From assembly GCA_043228905.1 (NCBI GenBank), contig JBHGNT010000011.1, positions 7,254,001 to 7,318,000 on the forward strand: a stretch of 64,000 nt of DNA, read 5' to 3'. Made by a program: the position numbers and the translations under genes. Below are positions 24,992 to 37,082 of the stretch, in pieces (position 1 is the stretch's first letter; each line of letters starts with the position of its first letter). The DNA comes from Azolla caroliniana. Its lineage: Eukaryota > Plantae > Polypodiophyta. The notes under the pieces are model-generated. The model was not told the origin of the DNA, searched no databases, and worked only from the letters and a program-made list of their open reading frames with translations.

Positions 24992-27900
24992 TCTCTCGAG
25001 TGTTCTACACCCTCTTTTCCTCTTAGTACTAATATTCATCTCTTAGTACTATTCTTGATAGTTTGAACCGATTTTTCACCTTTTTCCTCCTCTTCCTTTT
25101 ATCTTCTTACATTTCCCTCCCTTCATACTAATATCTTATTCCTCTTTCCTCTCATCCTATGACCACTATTAGCGCTCAAGAATATCAATCCGTTTTCTCA
25201 GAGCTATAATGCTTGAAAGAGAAGTTCCTTGCTTTGGAACAAGAAAATCAACAGTTGTTGGGGGATCTTCAATAAATCTCCTTAGAAAAGCAGTAGACGC
25301 AACAACATGGGGAACTAGGGTTACGCGTCCAACAACTCGAAGCAACCATAGTAGTGATGCAACAACAAGGTCCCAATACGCAAGGGATTCATAAAGAACC
25401 CAAGATCGGCCTTCCCATGAAATTCGATGGAACACGATCACATTTTAGAGGATTCCTTAATTAGTTATGATTATTCATTCAAATGCATCCTTCCCGATAT
25501 CCCACCGATGCATCACGAGTGGGTTTAGTAGGCACGTTGTTAAGTTGCTTAGCTTTGGCATGGTTCGATCCGTTGTTAGAAAAGGAATCTCCTTTACTAA
25601 ATAATTTTGAAGAGTTTTTAAATGAGTTTAAAGCCTGTTTTGGAGATCTACTAACAGCATAAGGATAGCAATCAACAAAATCCGACGATTACATCAAGGT
25701 GATCGTCCAGCTTCCGCATACATTGTAGATTTCCGCCTACTTGCCTCCGATATCCCCTAGGATGACCAAGCACTAATGGAGCAATTTCGTTATGGTCTAC
25801 GTAACGTTGTCAAGGATTTACTCTTGACCTTCCCCGAAGAACCAACCGTTCTAGATGCGAAGGTCAAGATCAGAGCCCACCTACGCCTCAGTGGTAGCAA
25901 AATCTTTTCCAAGGGAGTCATATAATGCGTCTCTAGTGAATACTCCAACTCCGATGGAAATTGACACTACACGTCATCGTGGACCATTATCAGAAGAAGA
26001 AAAGCAATGACGTTGAGCAAATCGACTATGTCTTTATTGCAGGGGATCAGGGCATATTGCAGTGAACTATCCCCATAGGCCAAGAAGACAAGTAAACCAA
26101 ATAGTTGCTAGTTCTAATTGTACTAAACCCGAGTCTGATAGTCCTAATAGTACTAATTGCCCAAATCTATTGAACAAATTTGATGTCCTTAGTTAGTTAG
26201 AATATGAGTTAAACGACTAAGTCCAGCCAAAATAGGAGTCGTTTGGTTGGACAACCCTAGATTTATGCAGCCCATTAGTGGTTCCATTCCCTCTAAGCAA
26301 GTTAGCCATGTGTTCTTAGCCCAAGTAACAGTTAGTACTAAAAGTACCTCTCCGGTACATGTCTCAGCACTCCTAGATTCCGAAGCTAATTCTTGCTTCA
26401 TGGATAGGAATTTGGCCCAAGCTCATCAAATATCGCTAAGAAAACTCTCGTGTCCAGCCTCTATAGCAGTCATTGATGGTCGTTCCATTGCTTCCGGAAA
26501 TATCATAGAAGATTCAGAGCCCGTTAATATTGTCCTAGATACTTTAGCGTGTGTAGTATCATTTAATATAATTAGTATCCCAAAACATCCCATTGTTTTG
26601 GGATTACCATGGTTCGAATTACATAACCCAGACATAGATTGGAGAACAAGAGAAATCCAGTATCGACAAACCCGAGGATCTACTCATAAGATTGCAACCA
26701 TTTCGCTACATCAGTTGCGTGAGGAAGGACGCAAGGAAGAAATGTTTCTCTTTGCAATATCTTCACAAACAATACACTTCGTCACCATCGACCGCAAGTT
26801 TATACAGGATTACTACCGCAAGTTTATACAGGCTTTGCCAATTTCTACCACAAGTTTATATAGGATTACTCAAAGCTGGTTCTGCCTCTCACATAGCTTA
26901 CCAGGAAGGGACAATCGTTCGTTTGGTCTGAAGAAGCTGACATGGCTTTTGAGAGTCTTAAGAAGGCATTTACATCAGCTCCTATTCTATCTAGCTCATG
27001 TTGATCCGGAAAAACCATTCATCATGGAAGCGGACACGTCGGATTTTGCATTGGGTAGCATTCTATCACAACAAGGCGATGGTGAAAAGCTACATCCTAT
27101 GGCTTTCCACTCACGCAAGTTTGATGCCATCGAAATCAACTATGAAATTCATGATAAGGAGCTATTAGCAATAGTGGACTCTTTTACGCAATGGAGGCAT
27201 TTTCTAGACGGATCTTCTCATCAAGTCACCGTATTCAGTGATCACAAAAACCTTGCCTACTCTCAGAATGCTCATGTGTTAAATTGATGTCAAACTCGGT
27301 GGGCCCAATTCCTGAATCGTTTCAACTTCAAAATTACATATCGTCCGGGGAAGCAACAAGGGATGGTAGATGCATTATCACGGCACTCGTATCTAGCACC
27401 GCGTCCTGGCGAGCTAGCTTTCGATAACCTAAAGCAAGTAATCTTGGGACCGGCACGACTGCAAGCAACGCAGGTCTTCAGCATGCCCTTGGATTCCCAC
27501 ATTATCGATACTGTACGAGAAGACTTGAAGACAGATGTTTTCGCCCAAGTCATTCTAGCACAAATTGATCCCTCTCGAGCATCTTGTTCATAGTCGCAAC
27601 AACCAAGTACGGACTATCGACAATTAGAATGTCATGATGGATTACTATTCTTTAAGAAACTCTTGTATGTTCCTAATGGTTCTAGTCACCTTCGAGTAGT
27701 CCAAAACTATCATGACAAATATACAACTAGGCATTTTGGTAGTACTAAAAGATTGGATTTAGTACAACGATCATTTTGGTGGCCCCATATGTGACAATTT
27801 GTCGAAGATTTTGTTTAGACTTGTGATACATGTTGCAGAGAAAAAATGCCAAGGCATATCACCCATATGGTTTATTAGAACCATTACCAATTCCAAGCAA

Positions 27901-29726
27901 GCCATGACAATCCATTGCTCTAGATTTCATCACAAATCTTCCGGTCTCTAAGGGATTCAATGCGATCTTAACAGTAGTAGATCGATATACGAAGATGGCC
28001 CATTTATTGCCATGTACTAAGGAAATCTCCAATGAAGAAACCGCTGAAACTGTCATGTGTGAAGTATGTCAGCATTATGGCCTTCCCGATAGTATCATCA
28101 GCGACCGTGGACCCCAATTCGTCTCGAAATTTTGGAAGCACCTCTTTAAAATGCTCAAGGTCACTTGTAACCTCTCCTCCGGCTACCACCCGCAAATAGA
28201 CGCCCAAGCAGAATGAACAAATCAAACATTGGAGCAATATCTTCGGTGTTTTCTAAGCTATCATCAAGATGATTGGGCGGATATTCTCTACTTCGCCGAA
28301 TTTGCGTATAATAACTTCATCCCCTCATGGACAAAGTTTACACCATTTTATGCTTATACGGGCGGTCACCCCCGGTGGTGTGTATTTGAAACCCTAGAGT
28401 TACCCACAAATCTTTGCGTAGAGGATCGTTTGGAGCGGTTACGCAAGATATAAGCGGATTTATCTACTCATCTACAGCAAGCCCAACAAACACACAAGGT
28501 TTACGTGGATCGTCATCGGCTTCCATCCAGTTTTAACATTGGAGATCAGGTATGGCTACTACGATGACACATCAAGACTACTCGCCCATGCGAGAACTTG
28601 GATTCTTGACGATTAGGTCCTTTCCGTATTATCGTAAAAATTAATAATGTCTCTTTTCGTCTCGATCTACCTCCACAACTTCGGATACATCCGGTGTTTC
28701 ATAGTTCTCTCCTCGAACTCTATCAAGACAACATCATCCCAAGTCTTATTAAACAACCTCCACCCCCGATCGAACTTGAAGATGGACCTGAGTATGAGGT
28801 TGCCGCCATCCTCGATTCTAGGATTGTTCACAACAAGCTCTACTATTTAGTCGATTTCCTAGGATATAGTCCCAGCGAGCGTACTTGGGAACCAATAGAG
28901 AATGTGACCAATGCTCATGCTCTTCTTGAAGATTTCCATCATCAATATCCAGACAAACCGGGTCCTCAATCCAAAACGACTCGTGACACTCGTTGTTTTA
29001 AAGGGGGGATATTATCATGATATGGCAAGACACCCACGAACTCTATCAAGACAGCACCATCCCAAGTCTTATTAAACAACCTCCACCCCCGATCGAACTT
29101 GAAGATGGAGCTGACTACAAGGTTGCCGTCATCCTCGATTCCAAGATTGTTCGCAACAAGCTCTACTATTTAGTCGATTGGCCAGGATATAGTCCCAACA
29201 AGCGTACTTGGGAACCAATAGAGAATGTGACTAATGCTCGTGCTCTTCTTGAAAATTTCCATCGTCAATATCCAGACAAACAGGGTCCTCAATCCAAAAC
29301 AACTCGTGACACTCGTCGTTTTAAAGGGGGGATAGTGTCATGATATGGCAAGACTCAAACCCATGATCTTATGTTACATGAGTCAAGCTCTTGACCATTA
29401 GACTATATGATATAATACAAAGGATATTATTTTCATTTAAGTTTTATTATAGAAAATTGATGTATATTCCAGATTTCTTTGGAACATTCTATAAACTTCA
29501 AGAGTACTCCTAAGAACACTATAAAAGGAGGCACGAGGCATTTTTTCAAACCAAATCGGTTCGATGATAGTCTTAAGCCTCCTAGCCATCCTTGTATATT
29601 CTTTTCACATAATATATCACTGTCATCATCATTCTCTCTCTCTCTCTCTCTCCTTCTCTCGAGTGTTCTACACCCTCTTTTCATCTTAGTACTAATTTCC
29701 CCTCTATCTTAGTACTATTCCTAACA
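24648..29726 (+). mobile_element. Ty3/gypsy chromovirus-type (Tf1/Tcn1-like) LTR retrotransposon, non-autonomous
   Basis: LTRs 24648-25060 and 29336-29726; TSD ATGTT at 24643-24647 and 29727-29731; PEG10/Tf-like gag with TPTPMEID motif; protease ALLDSEANSCF; RNase H EADTSDFALG...YEIHDKELLAIV; integrase ISDRGPQFVS; chromodomain EYEVAAILDS...YYLVDFLGY...TWEP. Confidence 0.93.
28715..29355 (+). repeat. 323-bp tandem duplication of chromodomain + PPT + LTR start
   Basis: ORFs 28694-29020 and 29017-29343 encode near-identical chromodomains; each copy ends in TTTAAAGGGGGGAT followed by the LTR-start-like TCATGATATGGCAAGAC. Confidence 0.9.
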
Positions 29727-32700
29727 ATGTTTGCAAAAGGGCAAAAGGTCAAGTTAGATATCGACTTGTGGCACAAGCGCATCGGCCACGTCAACTATCA
29801 GAGGCTTCAAGACCTGCAATTGAAACATGTTTTCGTATGTATGGGGACCAACACAAAACATTAGTCTTGATCTGATACATTCGAATGTATGGGGACCGAA
29901 AGAAACCGGAGCCGTAACAAGCTCAACTTGATACATTCGGAAGTATGGGGACCGGCACAGAACGTTACTCTTGGTGGGAGCCGATATTTCATCTCCTTCA
30001 TCGATGACTACAACCGGGACACATGGACCTACCTCTGGAACTTGCAAAGTCTTGTCGAACGGGAAACGGAGAGGAAGATCAAGTGCCTACTGTCAAATGG
30101 CGGAAAAGAATACTTTTCTGGCCAATTCATCAGTTATCTACATCAAAAGGGAATTTGAAGAGAATTCAGTTGCAGATACACACTAGAACAAAACGGCGTG
30201 GACAAAAGGAAGAATCGGTCAATTGTGGAGGCGGCACAGGCGATGTTGGAGGAGAAAAGCATGCCCAAGTTCTACTAGGCCGAGGCAGTCCGGACGACCG
30301 TCTACATCCAAAAGGGGATCAGGGATAAGGTGTCAGCACATGAGCTATATTTCATATGGAAGCCAAATTTAAGGCACCTTAGGATATTCAGTAGCATAGC
30401 ATATGTGCATGTGCTGAATGAGAAATGGAGAAAGTTGGACCCTAAGTCAGAGAAAGTTGGACCCTAAGTAAGAGAAACTTGGACCCTAAGCCAAAGGGTG
30501 TTATTAATTTTTAATTGAGTTTATGTTGTTCTGCTCTATCGGTCTCTCCCACTCTTTGTCAATGTGATTCAAGCTTCCATTAAACATGTGAGTATTTTCT
30601 GTTGGTATTCGGGTAAACTGGTTTGTCAAAGCTTCCACATATTAACTTTGACACTCCTTCGACACATGCATATATGCGAAGCTGCTGAACACCCTCAAGT
30701 GTTCCAAATTTGGTTTCTTCCTGACGTACAACTCATGTGGTGACACTCCTCCATTTGTAGATGTTTGATTCTATAGGTAGACGACATTCTTGACCCCTTC
30801 ATGCTAGTAAAACTTTGGCATATGCTTCTCCTCAAGCATTGCAGCCTGTGTTGTCTCCTCTATAGTTCGATTCTTCTGCTCGGCCACACCGTTCTACTTT
30901 GGTGTGTATCTACAAGAGAATTCCTGCTGAATTCCTTCCTTCTGTAGATAATTCGAGAACTGGTCAAAAAAGTATTATTTTCCGCCATCGGACCCTAGGC
31001 ATTTGATTTTTCTGCTGGTTTCCCATTTGGCAAGGCTCGTCACCTTTAGGAAGCAGGTGAAGACTTCGCTCTTCTTCGCGATCAAGCACACCCAAGTGTG
31101 CCGAGTGTAGTCATCGATGATTCCTCTGATGCTCACATTCCGTGTCGGTCCCCACACATCTGAATGGATTAACTCGAGCCGCTTCCGGCTCCAATTTCAC
31201 TCGTTGGGGAATGGAACTCAATGTTGTTTCCCTAGCTGGCAGGGTTCACAAACTTGGCCGTTTCGACCACTGAATTTCGACAACCCGAAAAGGATATTCT
31301 TTGTTCGCATTTCTTGAAGCTACGGCAAGTTGACATGGCCGAACCGCTTGTGCCATAGGTCGATGTCCGACTTGACCTTTTCCCCTTTTGCAACATCGCG
31401 GTTCCAACTTCATTCATTTTGAGAATGAACATCCTCCCTTTTCGGCGCCCTTGTGCGATGACTTTGCCTTCTTCTTCGATGAAACATCCGAGGTGTTCGA
31501 ACCGAACCTGCATTCCCTAGTCGACAATATGTCCGACCGACACCAGGTTCTTTGTGAATGTCGGGACGTGCAAGATGTTCATCAACTTCCCTTTTTGTCT
31601 GACGTGGTTTAAGGGAACCTTACCGACAAGTTCGATGGTATGTGGGGTATCATCACCGATCAATGGCCCCTGGTTGTTTCGGTTTCTCTAGATACGATAA
31701 CCATTCCTCGTGGCTCATCATATGGTTCGACGCTCTGGAATCAACATACCATACCTCATTCGGTTTCGGGGTGCTTGTCTTCATCAAATTAGCCTTGTGC
31801 TTCATCAGAAAGGTTGGGCCCGATCCATTTTCGGCTCCTCCTGAGCCTTCGGCGTGTTGCGACCTTTGACACCTATCGGTGTTACCCCTGTTCGATCGCG
31901 GTTCATCTGAATCAAAGCAGTTCTTCTAGCACTCGCTCTCTCTGTGGCCCTTTTGGCAATAAAACCAACATTCCGTTTCAACCTTTGCTTGCTGGTTTTC
32001 GGTACTGCCTTGACTCCCCCTATTTCCGAAGGGTCCAAAATTGTTGTCGGCATTTCGATTATGCCTTTGATTTTGCTCTTGTCGGCCGCCTCCATTGCAT
32101 GCCAACCCGCCACATCCACAAAGACCATAGGGCCAATATTGCTCCATGTACAACATCTTGTTGTCAGTGTGTGTACTACAAGGAGCATTGGCTGTAAGAT
32201 GAAAAACGAAGGTGTATTCTCCCTCATGCAGACTTGCACCATTCCATCCTCCTCAACGGTCACGTTGATGGAGGAAAGGGAGTCGCAGATCTCCTTGATC
32301 CAGGTTGTATGGTTGACGATCAACATGTCTTCTTTTCGAACGCTCAACTACTGTCTGAGTTGCAACTTCGGGTTGTGGTGCTTGCAGCAAAAGCCTTTTC
32401 AAGTTCGTCTGCACTTCCTTTGGCATCTTGGTGCCCCGGATGTGGCCAAGTAGCTGATCACCAACATTGGACCTGAAGTAGTACATTACCTTGCTTGCCA
32501 CTTTTTCCCAAGCCGGAAAGTCCCTGTGTTGCATCCGGTGTTGCATCATTAGCTTTGTCGACACAACTCCAATATCCATGTTCGAGCAAGTACTTGTCCA
32601 TCTTGTACAAACAAGATGCATAGTTGCTTCTGTCGATCTTCTTTGTCGAAAGAGAATGAGTCATTCCTCTGTCCATTTCTCTTCTTGTATGTTCTTACCG

Positions 32701-33189
32701 GGTGTTAGGTCTTGGTTTGTGTCGAAAGCTCTTGTCGGTAGCAGAGGATGTTCTAACCCTCGTGCTCTGATACCATGTAAAAGTTATGCGCGGAAGTGTA
32801 GACATAACTTGCTCATCCGGATAGCAACAGAAAGACAGAAATGAAGGTTTAACGGAATTTTGAGAATACATAGCACGCGGGAGAGACAGAGAGACTAGAA
32901 CATAAACTCTAGTTTAAAATAAACTCAATATTATGTGCATTGAATGTGCTCGGAGAGAACTTTTATACAAGTCCTTAAAAGGACTGACAGAAGTATTGTT
33001 AGTACTTAAATGCTCATAAGTGAGCCCCTACACCAACTCCCAAATATATTCCTTCACGAAATATCTTTCCAACAGCCTTCTGGCTCCCACCAATCTGGCC
33101 TCGCCGATTGTTCTCTGTCTGATTCGGCTCCCGGCTTCTTCAACCGATTCGGCCCTAATTGATCGGTCCAATCCAATCCAATTCTCATA

Positions 33190-36100
33190 GGGCGTACTCC
33201 TTTTATGGACGACAACGTAGTGAGTTGTGAGTTCCCATATCATTTTGTTGATAAAGTGCCGTCCCTAGTCACTAACCAACTCGATGGGACAGCCTAATCG
33301 ACACTAAAGGTGTTTGTAAACAAACTTCGACGAGGATGCATCCATGTTGTCTCAAGCACTTTCACTTCGATCCATTCAGTGCAGTAGTCAATCGCGACAA
33401 TGATATCTTGATTTCTTGTTTGGGTCACGGTTGGCTTGAATGGTCCTAGGAAATCCAAGCCCCATTTCTCGAAAGGCTCGAGTGGAAGAATGGGTTGGTG
33501 GGGCATTTGAGCTCATTCGGTGTGTCAACCCATACATTGGCATAGATCACATTGCTAATGGAACTGTAGAGTATCTTTTTGAGTCGTCGGCCAACATAAA
33601 CCACTCTACCAAACTTTTCAGGTCATAGCATGGCTGACATAATATTCTCCGACTATGCCATAATGTGCTTCGTGGAGGATAGCTTCCTTTTCGAACTTCC
33701 GAACTAATTGATGCCAAATGTCGTCCGAACCTTTGTGATATAAGGTATCGTTAAGTTAAGTAGGCAGAAATTTCGATTGCAGATAGCCAATCACTTCTTT
33801 TCATCAAGTGTTAGGTCCTCAAGTGGAAGGCCGGTGTTAAGAAATTGCATCATTTCATTTATTCACTTGTCTTCGGGATCTGGATTAGGAGGAGTTGCAG
33901 TGATTCTAAAAATATCTGCATCCGGAAGATCACCCGGAAAATCGGCCAAATGACGGAGCATGCGCTTGTGCCATCGAATTTGGCCTAAGAAATGGCTGAG
34001 GGCCTTCGCAGTTGTTGGGGCCGGAGGGACGAGAATGGTATTGACCTTGTCAGGGTCCATTGCAATCCCTTCCCGACTCATGATATGTCCAAGTAGGGCA
34101 CCATTGGAGACGTTGAATGCACACTTTGCTAGATTGAGGCTTAAACGAGAGGTCCGACATTGGTCGAGGCACAAACGTAGTTGGTCAAGATGCTCTTGTT
34201 GGCATCTGTAAACAACAAAATCATCTAAAAGGACCAGCATGAAGACTGGAATATAATCGCCGAAAATTTTCGTGATGATCCCCTAGAAGGTGGTTGGACC
34301 CGTTTTTAGCCCAAACATCATCACGATCACGGCGAAGACACCCCACTCGATGATGTAGGTGGTCTTTTCTTGGTCATTCAGGTGCATCCAAATTTTGTTA
34401 TACCCGCTAAAACCATCCAAGAAACTATAGGTTTCATGGCCTGCAACGCATCTAGAACTCCATCTGTGAAGGGTAGGGGAAATGCATTAGTGATGGTTGC
34501 GGCATTCAACCGCCAACAGTCGATGCAGACTCTGATCTCACAATTTTTCTTTGGTACAAAGACAATCGAGCTAAGCCACGTGGCTTGCTTGATTGGTCAA
34601 ATGAATCCGGCTAGGAGTAGTTTGTCGATTTCTTGTTTGACCTTGGCTGCATAATTGGGATTCATTCAGTAATGTCGTTGTTGCATCGGTCTTGCATTCT
34701 GATTCAAAAGGATTTGGTGTTGGTAATAGTGATGATTGAGGCCTTTCATATCTTTATACGACCAAGCAAATAAATCTTTGTAATCTATTACCATGGTTAC
34801 CAATGTTGCGCGCTCAGTTGGCACAAGTTCCTTCGCAATTTTTAGTGGTCGCAGGTCTCCAATGGTGCTTAGATCAATTTCTTCGAGTGTCGAAGTCTTC
34901 ACTCATTGATAAATCGCTAATTCTCATTCCAAGGCTTCGCGGGCATGGCAGATTTTCTCCACGGACTTTGGATTAGGTTCTCGGAAGGTATCTTGATCCG
35001 CTATAGCTGGTCCTGATACATATGGGCTGACTGCTTCGACAACGTCGATATCGAACAAAGCTATTACCTTGGGGTGATCATCGAGTTAACTTTCCACTTC
35101 CTCATCAGCCAATCCATCCAGCATGTGGATGCCTTCGGCATAAAGGGGGTAGTTTCTTTCAGCGTTGTATGGCGCTCTTCGGTGGTGACTCGGATCTTGG
35201 TCTTCCCTCGTCAGAAAGATATCATATTGCGTTGCCAATTCTAATTGCTATTGGCCATACATAACCAAGGGTGCCGAGAAACATCGGGTAGGTGCCGGGG
35301 GCTTCAAAGCGCAATACTACTACCGAGATCATAAAGGTATGACCACTGAGGACGAAATCAAGTTGTCAAATGAGGCCGAGGGGTCGCACGAAACAAGTGT
35401 CGACCATCCGTAGCCAAAATGGGCAAGCCTCCCATTGCGTAAAGTTGAGGTATTGGTAGGTGGCCTCGTTAATGATGTTAACCTAGAGTCGCCATTGATG
35501 ATGCACCCGTGTATTTCCCGCCCCTTGACTAAAAGCTTGGCGGTTAGGTTCTGAGTGTCCATCACCACCGACCTTTGTTCGGTTCAGCGAGGTGTACTGG
35601 TGTGTTTAGTCTTTCCATGCCGCTAGTTATGGATACTATCATTTCTTTAAAGCGGGGAAGCAGGTGTAGGAGTTTACTGAGTGGCATTGAAATTTGACAA
35701 CTGATTAATGCTTGCCAAATCGGGTCGTTTTCGGAAAACTCAGTGGGAGTCAGTGTGGAAATTATGTGGATGGTGATATCCTGCATTTTAGTGTTCATGC
35801 GGTTAGCATTTGCCGCATTTGCTTTGTCAATCCAAGTTTTCGCGGCCTGTCGAATCTCATCTTGGACGTCCCATTGGTTTTGGTGTGCTTGGCTACGTGT
35901 CATCACTTGTTGAACTTCGGCAATGATGGTGTAAACCACCGGGGCTTTGTTCTAATAATTGGATGGGTATTGCGTGGCGTAGTGTCCAAGTTTGTTACAT
36001 TGAAAGTAGATTAGGGGGTCGGATTTGCCAGATTCCCCTTGTTTAGTTTGAGACAACGGAGGTTGTCAAAGAGGTTCGTCGCGGGGTAGCGGATCATATT

Positions 36101-37082
36101 GCGGAAGTCAGTGGCAATCATCCTATTGTTCTGCATTAGGGAGGGCGTGTCAATGGCCTGCCCGAGGATCATGTCGGTGCCGGTTTTCCGAGGGGCGACG
36201 ATTATTGCCATAATGCCGATTATTCAGAAAGAGATTATTGTTGGGCAACCTCCTCTCTATCCATGGCTCGTGTTGGTACCGAGGCTCATATTCCTCATCG
36301 CAGTCATAGTCGTACCGATAGTTGTCGGCATAGGCGTCTTTGATTGTTCGAATGCGGTCATCATAACGAGGTCGCTCGGTATCCTGAAAGAGAGGAGGCT
36401 ATCGAAAGCGATCCTCGTGTCGAAGTGATCATTTCATGGTTCGATCTGTCAGACCGAAGTAGCGGCGTGGTTTAGCAAGTTGTACTCACATTGATCAAGA
36501 GTGTGAGCGCGTGAATGACAGATCAGGCAGTGTGATCATAAGGTGCAATCCATTGTCGAGTGTCCTGGGTTTAAGTGAGTGGTGCATTATATGGGCTGTC
36601 AAAATTGGGCTTCTTCGGTCTTTGGTAAGGCGCTTTGTACGGAGTTCATGGAGCTCTATCCAGGGTAAGGACTCAATCAATGAGTTGCTCAATCATATGT
36701 TGAGAAAAGTCGAGTAGCGCCAAGGTGGTTCAGAGGGGCTCACGGAGAGCCGTAAGGAAGGTCTCCTTCAGGTCGTCGGCCGGGATTTCCTGAGCGAGAT
36801 GGCGGTGTAAGTTCTGGAAGCAAATTGTGAATTGAGAAACCGTTTCCTACGGCTCCTAAGTGATGGCGTAGAACTGACTCAGTAGTTCTCGCTTAGGCAT
36901 CTATCGATGAACCTTGTCTAGAACGTCTTTGAAGGATGAAAACTCCCCTAAGTCATGCTGGGAGTACTAGTTCGTTGCTTGTCCTTTGAGAGACAAACTG
37001 AATTCCACGATCTTCGATGTTTCGACATCAGCCATGGCCAAACATTGGGACACATGGTTAGTTTGCCAGGTTCTAAGGAAAG
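33190..37082 (-). pseudogene. Decayed gypsy gag-pol (continues at about 41680-41750 beyond the nested copia)
   Basis: Integrase PFEKWGLDFLGPF...IVAIDYCT.W.E; RT LLDDF...LSLNLAKC...LLGHI; DYKDLFAWSYKDMKG; gag remnants at 36400-37070. Confidence 0.75.

Larger units (their letters stand above)
22781..30653 (+). mobile_element. Copia (family B) with RT/RNase H deleted, nested in the integrase region of the 14953-33187 element
   Basis: TSD CTCCT at 22776-22780 and 30654-30658; 5' LTR 22781-23231; PBS 23232-23243; gag/PR 23326-24647; IN remnant 29732-30460; partial 3' LTR from about 30495 to 30653. Confidence 0.9.
14953..33187 (-). mobile_element. Minus-strand copia (family B) split by nested insertions
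   Basis: 3' LTR 14953-15340 with PPT 15341-15349; a matching 5' LTR begins at 32776 (TGTAAAAGTTATG...) and is truncated near 33187; PBS complement GCTCTGATACCA at 32764-32775. Coding remnants: gag 32676-31800, PR/IN 31750-30659, IN/RT 22775-21591, RT 19018-18736, RH 16698-15990. Confidence 0.85.
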
